A stretch of 64,000 nucleotides of DNA from Opitutales bacterium (lineage in GTDB: Bacteria > Verrucomicrobiota > Verrucomicrobiia > Opitutales > PNEW01), in the NCBI GenBank assembly GCA_965197745.1, contig CBDANS010000007.1, positions 672,001-736,000 of the forward strand. The letters run 5' to 3'. Below the pieces are notes generated by a model that made no database searches, was not told where the DNA came from, and saw only the letters and a program-made list of their open reading frames with translations. A program made the position numbers and the translations under genes. Of the stretch, positions 10,405 through 18,389 are shown one piece after another (position 1 is the stretch's first letter; every line of letters begins with the position of its first letter).

Positions 10405-11258
10405 TGAATTTAGCGGTCAAAAGAAAACGGATCTTCTACCGCAACAGGTCAATTGCTTTTTCACTGATTGAGATACTTATTGTGGCGGCCATTACCGGAA
10501 CGCTCGTTGTGATGATACTATCCTTTACGCTTAACGTCTTGAATGTTTGGAACAAAACCAGTGAGTTAATGAGATCTGACAGCCAGGTTCAATGGGTATT
10601 GAATCTTCTCACCCGGGATCTGGAGTCAGCGCTAATAAGAAGTGATGGAAAAGAATGGATAAGGACAGTTAAGGAGAGGATAGCGGTAAGTGAATATTGG
10701 GACAGCGATACCGATTGGCTGATGTTTTTTTCACAGGCAACTGATGGCAACCCTGTCAATGGCAATATACGTGCAGTCTCCTATCGTATTATTAATCAGA
10801 ACCCCCTGAATACCTCGGATGATCAAGAAACAATACTGGGCTTATACCGCACTGTCATTGATGCCGAGACAACCTTTAATCATGCACTGGGCCTGGATTC
10901 GGGGCACGAAAATATTTATCAAAACTTTTGGATAGCCCGTACTTTAATTACTGCTGAACCTGAAAATTTTTTAATCTCCGGTATCGTAGATTTTAATATA
11001 ACTTTTGCTTACCGAGATATATCGGGTAAAATCCAGAAAACGGAAGCTGATAAAAGTTTTATATTTGGTGGTCCCGAAAGTAGTGTGGATGAGGACATCG
11101 TATTTGTAGATATCACACTGACGGTATTAAAGAGGACAGGTGCTGAAACGCTTAAAGCTGTAAATAGAAATATAAGCACTAAAGATAAGGAGCAAATGAG
11201 ATTAAAACATGCCCGCACTTACCATCGGCGAGTGCTTATCCCCAGCTATCCCCTTTAG
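10404..11258 (+). CDS. Minor pseudopilin (GspJ/PilW-like; resembles Verru_Chthon cassette protein C)
   Basis: A|FSLIEILIVAAITG, LTRDLESA, RAVSYR and ENFLISGIVDFNITF. TAATG coupling to the upstream gene. Confidence 0.78.
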   Translation: MNLAVKRKRIFYRNRSIAFSLIEILIVAAITGTLVVMILSFTLNVLNVWNKTSELMRSDSQVQWVLNLLTRDLESALIRSDGKEWIRTVKERIAVSEYWDSDTDWLMFFSQATDGNPVNGNIRAVSYRIINQNPLNTSDDQETILGLYRTVIDAETTFNHALGLDSGHENIYQNFWIARTLITAEPENFLISGIVDFNITFAYRDISGKIQKTEADKSFIFGGPESSVDEDIVFVDITLTVLKRTGAETLKAVNRNISTKDKEQMRLKHARTYHRRVLIPSYPL

Positions 11259-11276
11259 ATCTGAATGATATAAAAA

Positions 11277-11616
11277 CTTCGTCTACGTCCAATTTTAAGT
11301 CCCAATTAATTAATTAGTTTTAATAAAATAACAATGGCGGGACGCACTCCGTTTCGTCCGCTTAGGAGTATAATCATAGAAATTTCATAAAATAAAAGTA
11401 AGCCTCAAATCACTTTCTTTTTTTGTGAATTTTGTGCCTTTTGTGGCTATCTTAATCAAAGACAAAGATTATGGTAAATCATCGTAGAATAAATCTTCGT
11501 CATCGTCTGCCTCCTCGTCTTCGTCCTTTTTTACCCAAATTACTAAATAATAAGGGGTATTAAATCTAATACTGTTACTCAAACTTCCCAACGGACGCGA
11601 CGGAGCGCATCCCTCC
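11277..11616. repeat. Composite array of the dispersed intergenic repeat (tail remnant, reversed REP-like hairpin, GTGGCTATCT module, full tail-arm-hairpin unit)
   Basis: Unit 11491-11616 aligns by eye with 54198-54321, 62956-63078 and 58987-59092. Segment 11411-11452 matches the reverse complement of 39831-39871. Confidence 0.9.
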
Positions 11617-11751
11617 ATATAATATATTTACGCGATTGTAAAGTTGACACGTGTATAAGGGGTTATCTATCATGTTTGAATGCGTAGAAGGGCACAGTTG
11701 TTTTTCATCTGGGTTGGAGAGGTGTTTGTTGGTTTAATTGTGGATTTTTTT

Positions 11752-12192
11752 ATGGAAGACAAGTATAACCTGATTATATATATTTTCGTGGCTATTATTG
11801 CAATAGGGGCGGCTATTTGCCTCTCCTTGCCTGAAATAATAGCTTGGCTTTCTGGTAGGACGTCATTCAAAACGGCTGCCAAAAGCTTTATTAAAGCACC
11901 ATCTACTCATACATGGATGCCAGAAAGCGAAATACTAAAAATTATCCGAAAATCATCTGCTGTCATGAAAAACAGCCCTCGGAGAAATCAACCAGCTAGG
12001 ACTATGCATGATACATTCATGTCACCGTTCATAGCTGGTCCAAGTGGGGAAACACAATACATACGTCAGCATGAAAAGGATGCATCCAAAGGAATTTTAT
12101 ATAATATTGTTGAAAAGCATCCGTCCGCTAAAAATGGAGACAAGTTCAGCAAAGAAATTATTGAATTTGAGCTATACCAAATGGTGCTCTAG
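11752..12192 (+). CDS. IS passenger: hypothetical protein with an N-terminal transmembrane helix (ORF open from 11680)
   Basis: Hydrophobic segment LIIYIFVAIIAIGAAICLSL; lies between the TIRs; no family recognised. Confidence 0.5.
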   Translation: MEDKYNLIIYIFVAIIAIGAAICLSLPEIIAWLSGRTSFKTAAKSFIKAPSTHTWMPESEILKIIRKSSAVMKNSPRRNQPARTMHDTFMSPFIAGPSGETQYIRQHEKDASKGILYNIVEKHPSAKNGDKFSKEIIEFELYQMVL

Positions 12193-12218
12193 GCATAACG
12201 GGAGAGGAAATCTTTATT

Positions 12219-12425
12219 ATGGCTATTGGAAAATATTTGAGTTTGGAAGAAGCTTGCAAAAAGGGTAAGTTAAAACGCTTTGCTAAAGAACACCAAGCTG
12301 AAGCTGACGAGCGGTTTTGGCCAACACTGGATGCAGCAGTTACAGGGAGGAAATCAAAGCAGGAAACATCTGTTCAGGCTTGTGTCGATAATTGTAACGA
12401 AACTCAAACTCTTTCAGATACTTGA
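12219..12425 (+). CDS. IS passenger: small 68-aa hypothetical protein
   Basis: RBS-like GGGAGAGG upstream and ATG start; protein-like MAIGKYLSLEEACKKGKLKRFAKEH. Overlaps the transposase 3' end convergently. Confidence 0.6.
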   Translation: MAIGKYLSLEEACKKGKLKRFAKEHQAEADERFWPTLDAAVTGRKSKQETSVQACVDNCNETQTLSDT

Positions 12426-13257
12426 AAAGATGATTTTCAGAAACATGAATATGTGTTCCACGGATAGACAATTTCAAACGAGCCCAAAATCCTTCAATGC
12501 TATTTACATGGGAGCCACCAAGCACCCATTTGCCAGCACCATGATTCACTTTCTTATGATTATATCCAACTTTGTTGAGACCCTTGTAAGAACGAAGCTC
12601 GTCTGTGTGAACGGTACTACCAGCCTTCACATTCTCTTTAATAATAGGCTGCAAGGTGCGTTTTTTGACATTGGAAACAACCTTTGTTATTACATCACCA
12701 TCTCTGTTCAGCATGCCAAACGCAATCGCCTTATTGGGTGCACCACGGCCACGCTTACCACCGGAGGACTTACCACCAATATAGGTTTCATCGGCCTCGA
12801 TATTGCCATTAAGAGGACTTTCACTATCCGTATTGGACATGTGCTCACGTATTTTATGAGCCATTCTCAAAGCAGTCGGATAAGCCACCCCAAGTTGTCT
12901 GTGAAGCTCCATAGCGGGGACTCCATGTCTTGTGGTAGTGAAAAGATAAATGGCATAAAACCATTTCTGCAATGGAACATGCGAACCTACAAACATGGTT
13001 TTGCTCATTGGATAGATTTCATGACCGCACCAAGCACACTCATAAGCGGGGTGGCGTTTAGTGCGATAGAACTTTCCATGCTTACCGCATTTTGGGCAAT
13101 CCATTGTATCACCATGTTGCTTATGCATCAGGTAATCAAGGCAGGCATTGTCATTCGGAAAATTTTGTATAAACGCTTGAAATGTCGTAGTTTTCATAAT
13201 TACCTCCCATTTTTAAAGGTATATTACAAGAATTACTTACACGTGTCAACTATATAA
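12280..13257 (+). other. 325-codon antisense ORF covering the whole transposase in codon register
   Basis: The reading frame is open across the entire transposase and its stop lies inside the right TIR. Expression is unknown. Confidence 0.3.
12340..13197 (-). CDS. IS1595-family DDE transposase
   Basis: Zn ribbon CPKC...CAWC, HTH region, catalytic EADETYIGG, VHTDE and NSIEGFW, and C-terminal YLKEFEFRYN. Confidence 0.97.
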   Translation of the reverse strand: MKTTTFQAFIQNFPNDNACLDYLMHKQHGDTMDCPKCGKHGKFYRTKRHPAYECAWCGHEIYPMSKTMFVGSHVPLQKWFYAIYLFTTTRHGVPAMELHRQLGVAYPTALRMAHKIREHMSNTDSESPLNGNIEADETYIGGKSSGGKRGRGAPNKAIAFGMLNRDGDVITKVVSNVKKRTLQPIIKENVKAGSTVHTDELRSYKGLNKVGYNHKKVNHGAGKWVLGGSHVNSIEGFWARLKLSIRGTHIHVSENHLFKYLKEFEFRYNYRHKPEQMFPALISSL

Positions 13258-13490
13258 TTACGTATATTTAAGTGATGGGGCGGCTGTCGGCATAGTCCCA
13301 CTACCTTGCAATTGGTGGCTATCTCAATCGAAGATGCCGTTAAATAGCCTTCAACCCTTATCCTGGAAACACCCCATTAAAATCACTAGACTTAAATCAA
13401 TAATATTTATTGAATAAATCGCTATTGACGGTATGCAGCACGATCTTTGCATTTAAGGTTGAATGACCAATTTTAATACCGGATTAGGCA

Positions 13491-14363
13491 ATGAATCCCT
13501 GGGTCCTGGCGGCGCGGCCTAAAACATTATCTGCTGCCTTAGTTCCTGTGCTATTGGGCTGCGCGCTGGCATGGAAGGCGGAGGCTTTTAATTGGTTACC
13601 GGCTTTGCTCTGTTTTGCTTTCGCTTTTTTAGTTCAAATCGGAACAAATTTCGCCAATGATTATTTCGATTATATCAAAGGTGCGGATACGCCCGATCGA
13701 ATAGGCCCGGTGCGCGCGACTGCTTCGGGAGCGGTAGAACCGGACGCAATGAAAAAAGCGATGACCGGAACTTGTATTTTAGCCGGTTGCCTGGGAATGG
13801 GACTTATACCTTATGGAGGGTGGTCATTAATTATAGTGGGAGCCCTCAGTATATTTTGTGGGATTGCCTACACGGGCGGTCCCATTCCTCTGGGTTATCG
13901 GGGTTGGGGTGATATCATGGTTTTTGTCTTTTTTGGATTAATAGCTGTTATCTTTACCTTTTATGTTCAAACCGGCCAAATTACGCTTGAGGTAATTCTC
14001 GTCTCATTGGTCGCTGGAGCACTGGCGACGAATATTCTTGTCGTGAATAATTACCGCGACGTGGATACGGATGCCAGGGTGGGGAAAAATACTCTGGCGG
14101 TGAGATATGGGCGAAAGTTCACCTTATTTGAGTACCAGGCATTATTCCTCTTAGCTCTCATCATTACGTTAATTCTATGGCGTCTGGAGTCCCAACCGTG
14201 GTTACTTCTGCCGATTATTGTCTGGCCCTATTGCTTAAAACTCCAATACCGATTAGCGCGGACTCACTCGGGTGAAGAAATGAATCGTCTATTGGCTGAC
14301 ACCGCTTTTTTTCTGCTCGTATACGGGCTGCTATTAACCCTCGGAATATTTTTAAGCCGTTAA
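13491..14363 (+). CDS. menA: 1,4-dihydroxy-2-naphthoate polyprenyltransferase
   Basis: AARPKTL, NFANDYFDYIKGADT and NNYRDVDTDARVGKNTLAV motifs; multi-pass membrane protein. Confidence 0.96.
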   Translation: MNPWVLAARPKTLSAALVPVLLGCALAWKAEAFNWLPALLCFAFAFLVQIGTNFANDYFDYIKGADTPDRIGPVRATASGAVEPDAMKKAMTGTCILAGCLGMGLIPYGGWSLIIVGALSIFCGIAYTGGPIPLGYRGWGDIMVFVFFGLIAVIFTFYVQTGQITLEVILVSLVAGALATNILVVNNYRDVDTDARVGKNTLAVRYGRKFTLFEYQALFLLALIITLILWRLESQPWLLLPIIVWPYCLKLQYRLARTHSGEEMNRLLADTAFFLLVYGLLLTLGIFLSR

Positions 14364-14453
14364 GAGTGGAGCAGATAATATATTCCAATACGCTGGCGCA
14401 ACTATACCGGCATCATACCTTCGGGAGATAAGCGCTGCTTAACTGTTGAGCGT

Positions 14454-14780
14454 TTACAAGAGCGCGGACAGCTTGTTCTTTAATTTGTCTTTGCTCTCAA
14501 GCCCAACTACCTGATCAACTACATCCCCATTTTTAAAAAGTAGCAGTGTGGGGATGGATCGAATGTTATAGCGGCCGGCTATCTCGTTGTTATTATCTAC
14601 ATTTACTTTACAAAATTGTATTTGTTCTCCCATTTCGTCAGCGAGATCCTCGATAATAGGGGCGATGGATTTACAGGGCCCGCACCAGGGTGCCCAAAAA
14701 TCTACAAGTAAAGGTTTTGGCGATTCGTTTATAGCGGTGTCAAAGCCTTCAGCTTCGAGGGTTTTAATATTTTCTGACAT
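14454..14780 (-). CDS. trxA: Thioredoxin
   Basis: DFWAPWCGPCK active site and SIPTL. Confidence 0.97.
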   Translation of the reverse strand: MSENIKTLEAEGFDTAINESPKPLLVDFWAPWCGPCKSIAPIIEDLADEMGEQIQFCKVNVDNNNEIAGRYNIRSIPTLLLFKNGDVVDQVVGLESKDKLKNKLSALL

Positions 14781-14839
14781 CTTATATATTTTCTGGTTAA
14801 TTTAATTATTTCCTAATACTTAGTTAATGAATAGATACC

Positions 14840-15085
14840 CTATGGGTTAGGGGTGTTTTTTTCTAAGAGTTCGGACAATTCATTGGTGTGAACATTTTCG
14901 AGGTTTTTCCCGGAATTTTTTAAGTCTTCGAAGGTTTTAACCACAGTCTCCGTCATTTTATCATGGGTCTCCTCAGAACCTCCAATGATAGAAAACTGCT
15001 CGGCTTGCGTTAAGCGCTTGTGCCCGTCGTCATTGTCCAGGCCTACGCCTAGAAGGTGACTTTTCTCTTTCTTAATTCTTTTCAT
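14840..15085 (-). CDS. Small hypothetical protein
   Basis: Co-oriented between scpA and trxA; LLGVGLDNDDGHKR...GGSEETH looks like a conserved motif. Confidence 0.75.
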   Translation of the reverse strand: MKRIKKEKSHLLGVGLDNDDGHKRLTQAEQFSIIGGSEETHDKMTETVVKTFEDLKNSGKNLENVHTNELSELLEKNTPNP

Positions 15086-15131
15086 TACAAAATCTCAAAT
15101 TGCTATAGTATAAGAGAATTTCAAGCGGAAA

Positions 15132-15899
15132 TTATTTCTTATTTTCAGGGTGGAGCTGACAGCGAATATCGATGAAAGCCGTTTCCTGTTGGATTTTAAT
15201 AGTTCTCAGGCGGGCTAATTCGAGAACGGCAAGGAAAGTGGCGATAAAATAAGCAAGGCTGTAAGATTTTTCTTTAAATAGATCTGAAAAGAGAAAATCA
15301 GGGGTGGATATTAATTGTTCAATAATATATTCCATGCGATCCGCTACCGTAATGATTTCATCATGAATTTGCCCGTAGGTTATTTTTTCTGCCAGGCGAC
15401 GCAAAACCTGATTAAAAACGTTCCATAAATCAATCTTATCGGTCGATATTAATGGTCGCAGTATCTTGTTTTGCCTGCTTTCAATATAGTTGCGATCGAG
15501 ATAGTCGTTAGCATCGAGGATGAGATCATCAAGTTGACCGGCAGCATCCTTAAATCTTTTATATTCAATAAGCTGTTGGACTAACTCCCACCGAGGATCA
15601 ATCTCATCCTCACTGTCCGGTTCGGCAAGCTGTTCGTTTTTGGGAAGGAGCATGCGACTCTTTATATGCATTAAAGTGGCCGCCATAACAAAGAAATCGC
15701 CCGCTATTTCCAGGTTCAGTTTTTCCATGCTGTAAATTACATCGAGATATTGCCGGGTAACTTTTTCGATGGGAATATCATAGATATCAATTTCATTATT
15801 GCGTATGAGAACAAGCAGGAGATCCAGGGGCCCCTCGAAGATCGGCAAACGTATAGAATAGTCCAGGGAAGGAACAATGGCGTCTTCAGTTATTGCCAT
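15132..15899 (-). CDS. scpA: Segregation and condensation protein A
   Basis: FEGPLDLLL, IDIYDIPI, MAATLMHIKSRMLLP and FLAVLEL motifs. Confidence 0.95.
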   Translation of the reverse strand: MAITEDAIVPSLDYSIRLPIFEGPLDLLLVLIRNNEIDIYDIPIEKVTRQYLDVIYSMEKLNLEIAGDFFVMAATLMHIKSRMLLPKNEQLAEPDSEDEIDPRWELVQQLIEYKRFKDAAGQLDDLILDANDYLDRNYIESRQNKILRPLISTDKIDLWNVFNQVLRRLAEKITYGQIHDEIITVADRMEYIIEQLISTPDFLFSDLFKEKSYSLAYFIATFLAVLELARLRTIKIQQETAFIDIRCQLHPENKK

Positions 15900-15927
15900 A
15901 GTAAAAAATCCCTGGGATTAGGGGACA

Positions 15928-18003
15928 TTAAAACTGAAGAAGGTTGAAACGGACTCTGAAGCTCGTATCATCTTCTCGGATATTGCCCGAATAGAGGGCT
16001 AACTGGTATTCTATATTCCAAGCGTTGCCTACTTTGTGATGGAGGGTATATCTTTGTTCCGTCAGGTCATCTCGGCGCGTATCAAAAACAAATTGTGCGC
16101 GAACGCCCAATGTTCTATTTATACGATGATAGTAATCAAGACCGTACTGATCTATTTCATTATGAAGATGGTCTGAGAAAAAAGAGAAAGTCCAGAACCT
16201 GCCGTCATGGATGGTTATCCTGCTATGCCAATCATCGACAGTAAATCCTTCCGGGCTGATCCGATTGAAGATATCAATTCGCAGCCAATGAATAGGATTC
16301 ATTTGTAATTGAGTGTATAAACCATTCCATTCATCTTCACCCTGGCCCGCTGAGAACCGTATATCCTGATAGACATTTAAAGAGAGCAGGTCCCGTGAAC
16401 CATATCCGTGGTGACGTGTTTGGAGAAGATTCTCCAGTCCGATTCGGAGTACATTCAAGTCTGACAAATCGTCGAGGTTACGGGTATTGCCTAAGTCGAT
16501 TGGAGGAAGATTGGTGTTAAAAACATCACGGTCAATAGGGATAATTTTATCACTCCCCGATCTTCCACCCGGTAGGTATCGGTATTGCATGACCGGTTTG
16601 ACGACGTGGCGTAATCCGTCAATACCCCAAAGTGAGTTTTGAAACTCCCAGGTGGCATTGGCCGAAATCTCGGCATCCAGTCCAAATTCACCCATCACGC
16701 GCGTGTAGCTATCGTTACTATTTAGGGTCGCATCGTAATGCGTTACACGTGCGCTGCTGACGGTCATTAAATTTAACCATCGGTTGACTTTAATGGGGCG
16801 ATAAAGGGTATAAAACGCATCATAGCGGTCACTCTCTAGGGTTTTATTACCCAGTATGCTGTTTTCCTCCAAGCGGACGGCGCTGGCATTAAAACTATGA
16901 TAAAATCCTGAATTCAGAACCTGAGAGGGCATGGCATCAAGCCGAATTTCAGGTAGCCGCTCATGAACTTGCTGAAAATCATTGGGTCTAAAGCGGGCAA
17001 ATGTGGAGATGAAATAGTTTTTCCCCTGATAAACGGCTTCAACGAAACTGTCTGGCTGCTGATTTACAAGAAAATCATCAAAACGAAAATCGCGTGCGAC
17101 TTCAGAATCACTCCAGGCACTGATTTTAGCTGTGGCTTGGAGACGGTTACCGATGGGTTGTAAATGTTGGAATTCTATTATATATCGGTCATTGCCTATT
17201 GGCTTTCCCTGACTGTCAAATCCTGGATTTCCGGAATCATCAATATACCCGGTTTGGAGCTGACTGATCCCCCCTTTTTCTAAAGGATTAATGTCCCATT
17301 CATAAGTGGGGCCGATGAGCACACCTCGTTCGGTATAAGCGTCAAAGGCAACACCAAACAATGCGTTCCTTGAAATAGGGACGAGCGGATTATTTTGTAT
17401 ATAAGCACCCAGGTGCCCTTGGTATCCAACGCGCCCTCTTAAACGCATGTGCGTTTCACCCCGGTTTTGTGAAAAGTTGGGCAGTCGGAAAATAGGATTG
17501 TCGCCGAGGCCGAATGTCGGTCTATCAGCTTCCAGTCGTTCATTGGGATAGAAAATGACGGTTTCAGCCTCCAGGTTGAGCGCTAGAGGTGAGGGCTCTT
17601 GAAAATAAACGCGGGTATCGTGAAGATTTACTTCGCTGGGGGTACCTTCCAGGCCTTCACCCACCGCATAGTAGGGAGGGGAGCCCAAGCGGAATGGACC
17701 GGACTTCAATCGTTTTTCGAGGACATCATAGATGAGTTCATCGCAAACATGGCGGACATTACCGTACGTAAGCCGCACATTTCCAACTGCTTTTGCCACT
17801 CTTTTTTTCTGGTCGTAGTGTATTTCATCTGCCACGACAGTAAGGTTTTCGTGGACAAAAGTAGCTTCCCCGCGAGCCACCATGGTCTTTGTATTAGCAT
17901 TAAACTCAATGGGATAATTTGAGCTTAATTGGGGTTGTGCACCAAAGCTGATTGCCGCAAGCAATAAACCGGACACAAATAATATAGACCTCATGCCTGA
18001 CAC
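15928..18003 (-). CDS. lptD: LPS-assembly protein LptD-like outer-membrane beta-barrel
   Basis: Signal peptide, OstA-like N-domain (ADEIHYD, AVGNVRL), ERLPE, RHVVKP and C-terminal Phe. Confidence 0.85.
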   Translation of the reverse strand: MSGMRSILFVSGLLLAAISFGAQPQLSSNYPIEFNANTKTMVARGEATFVHENLTVVADEIHYDQKKRVAKAVGNVRLTYGNVRHVCDELIYDVLEKRLKSGPFRLGSPPYYAVGEGLEGTPSEVNLHDTRVYFQEPSPLALNLEAETVIFYPNERLEADRPTFGLGDNPIFRLPNFSQNRGETHMRLRGRVGYQGHLGAYIQNNPLVPISRNALFGVAFDAYTERGVLIGPTYEWDINPLEKGGISQLQTGYIDDSGNPGFDSQGKPIGNDRYIIEFQHLQPIGNRLQATAKISAWSDSEVARDFRFDDFLVNQQPDSFVEAVYQGKNYFISTFARFRPNDFQQVHERLPEIRLDAMPSQVLNSGFYHSFNASAVRLEENSILGNKTLESDRYDAFYTLYRPIKVNRWLNLMTVSSARVTHYDATLNSNDSYTRVMGEFGLDAEISANATWEFQNSLWGIDGLRHVVKPVMQYRYLPGGRSGSDKIIPIDRDVFNTNLPPIDLGNTRNLDDLSDLNVLRIGLENLLQTRHHGYGSRDLLSLNVYQDIRFSAGQGEDEWNGLYTQLQMNPIHWLRIDIFNRISPEGFTVDDWHSRITIHDGRFWTFSFFSDHLHNEIDQYGLDYYHRINRTLGVRAQFVFDTRRDDLTEQRYTLHHKVGNAWNIEYQLALYSGNIREDDTSFRVRFNLLQF

Positions 18004-18389
18004 GATATGTTAATTACTAATGACTTGGTTTTCCTTACACAAGTCAATTATTGGGGTAATAAAGAATTCGTTTACTACCATATTAGTCCTTCACTATCAA
18101 GTCCATTCAGATAAATTTTGGATAATAAAAGTATGTCATCGTGTTCCACAATAATGTCTCAATATAGGGCTGATCCGATCCGTCAAAGCTGATCTATTTT
18201 TTGTGAATAGCATGGATAGCAGTAAATTCATTTGTACCCCTAAAATATCGATCAAAGTAATAGGCAACGCTCCAGATTAAATAATAGATTATTATTTTGG
18301 TTTTTTTAATGAGCACTGGTAGATATTAATGCGACTCTGTGGGGGTGAGAGCCCTAAATAAATGCAATATAACTGAGGTTAGATAGTCA

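Larger units (their letters stand above)
11631..13262 (-). mobile_element. IS1595-family insertion sequence with passenger ORFs (1632 bp)
   Basis: TIRs CGCGATTGTAAAGTTGACACGTGTA (11631-11655) and the reverse complement of 13238-13262 (CGTAATTATATAGTTGACACGTGTA) match at 21/25. An 8-bp direct repeat TATATTTA flanks the element at 11623-11630 and 13263-13270. The element contains an IS1595 transposase. Confidence 0.95.

Noticed and set aside
18004..18389. Riboswitch or ncRNA in the long lptD-glgB divergent spacer (also 2979-3134 and 47870-48225)
   Set aside because: I could not match any known aptamer consensus by eye; an Rfam cmscan would be needed.
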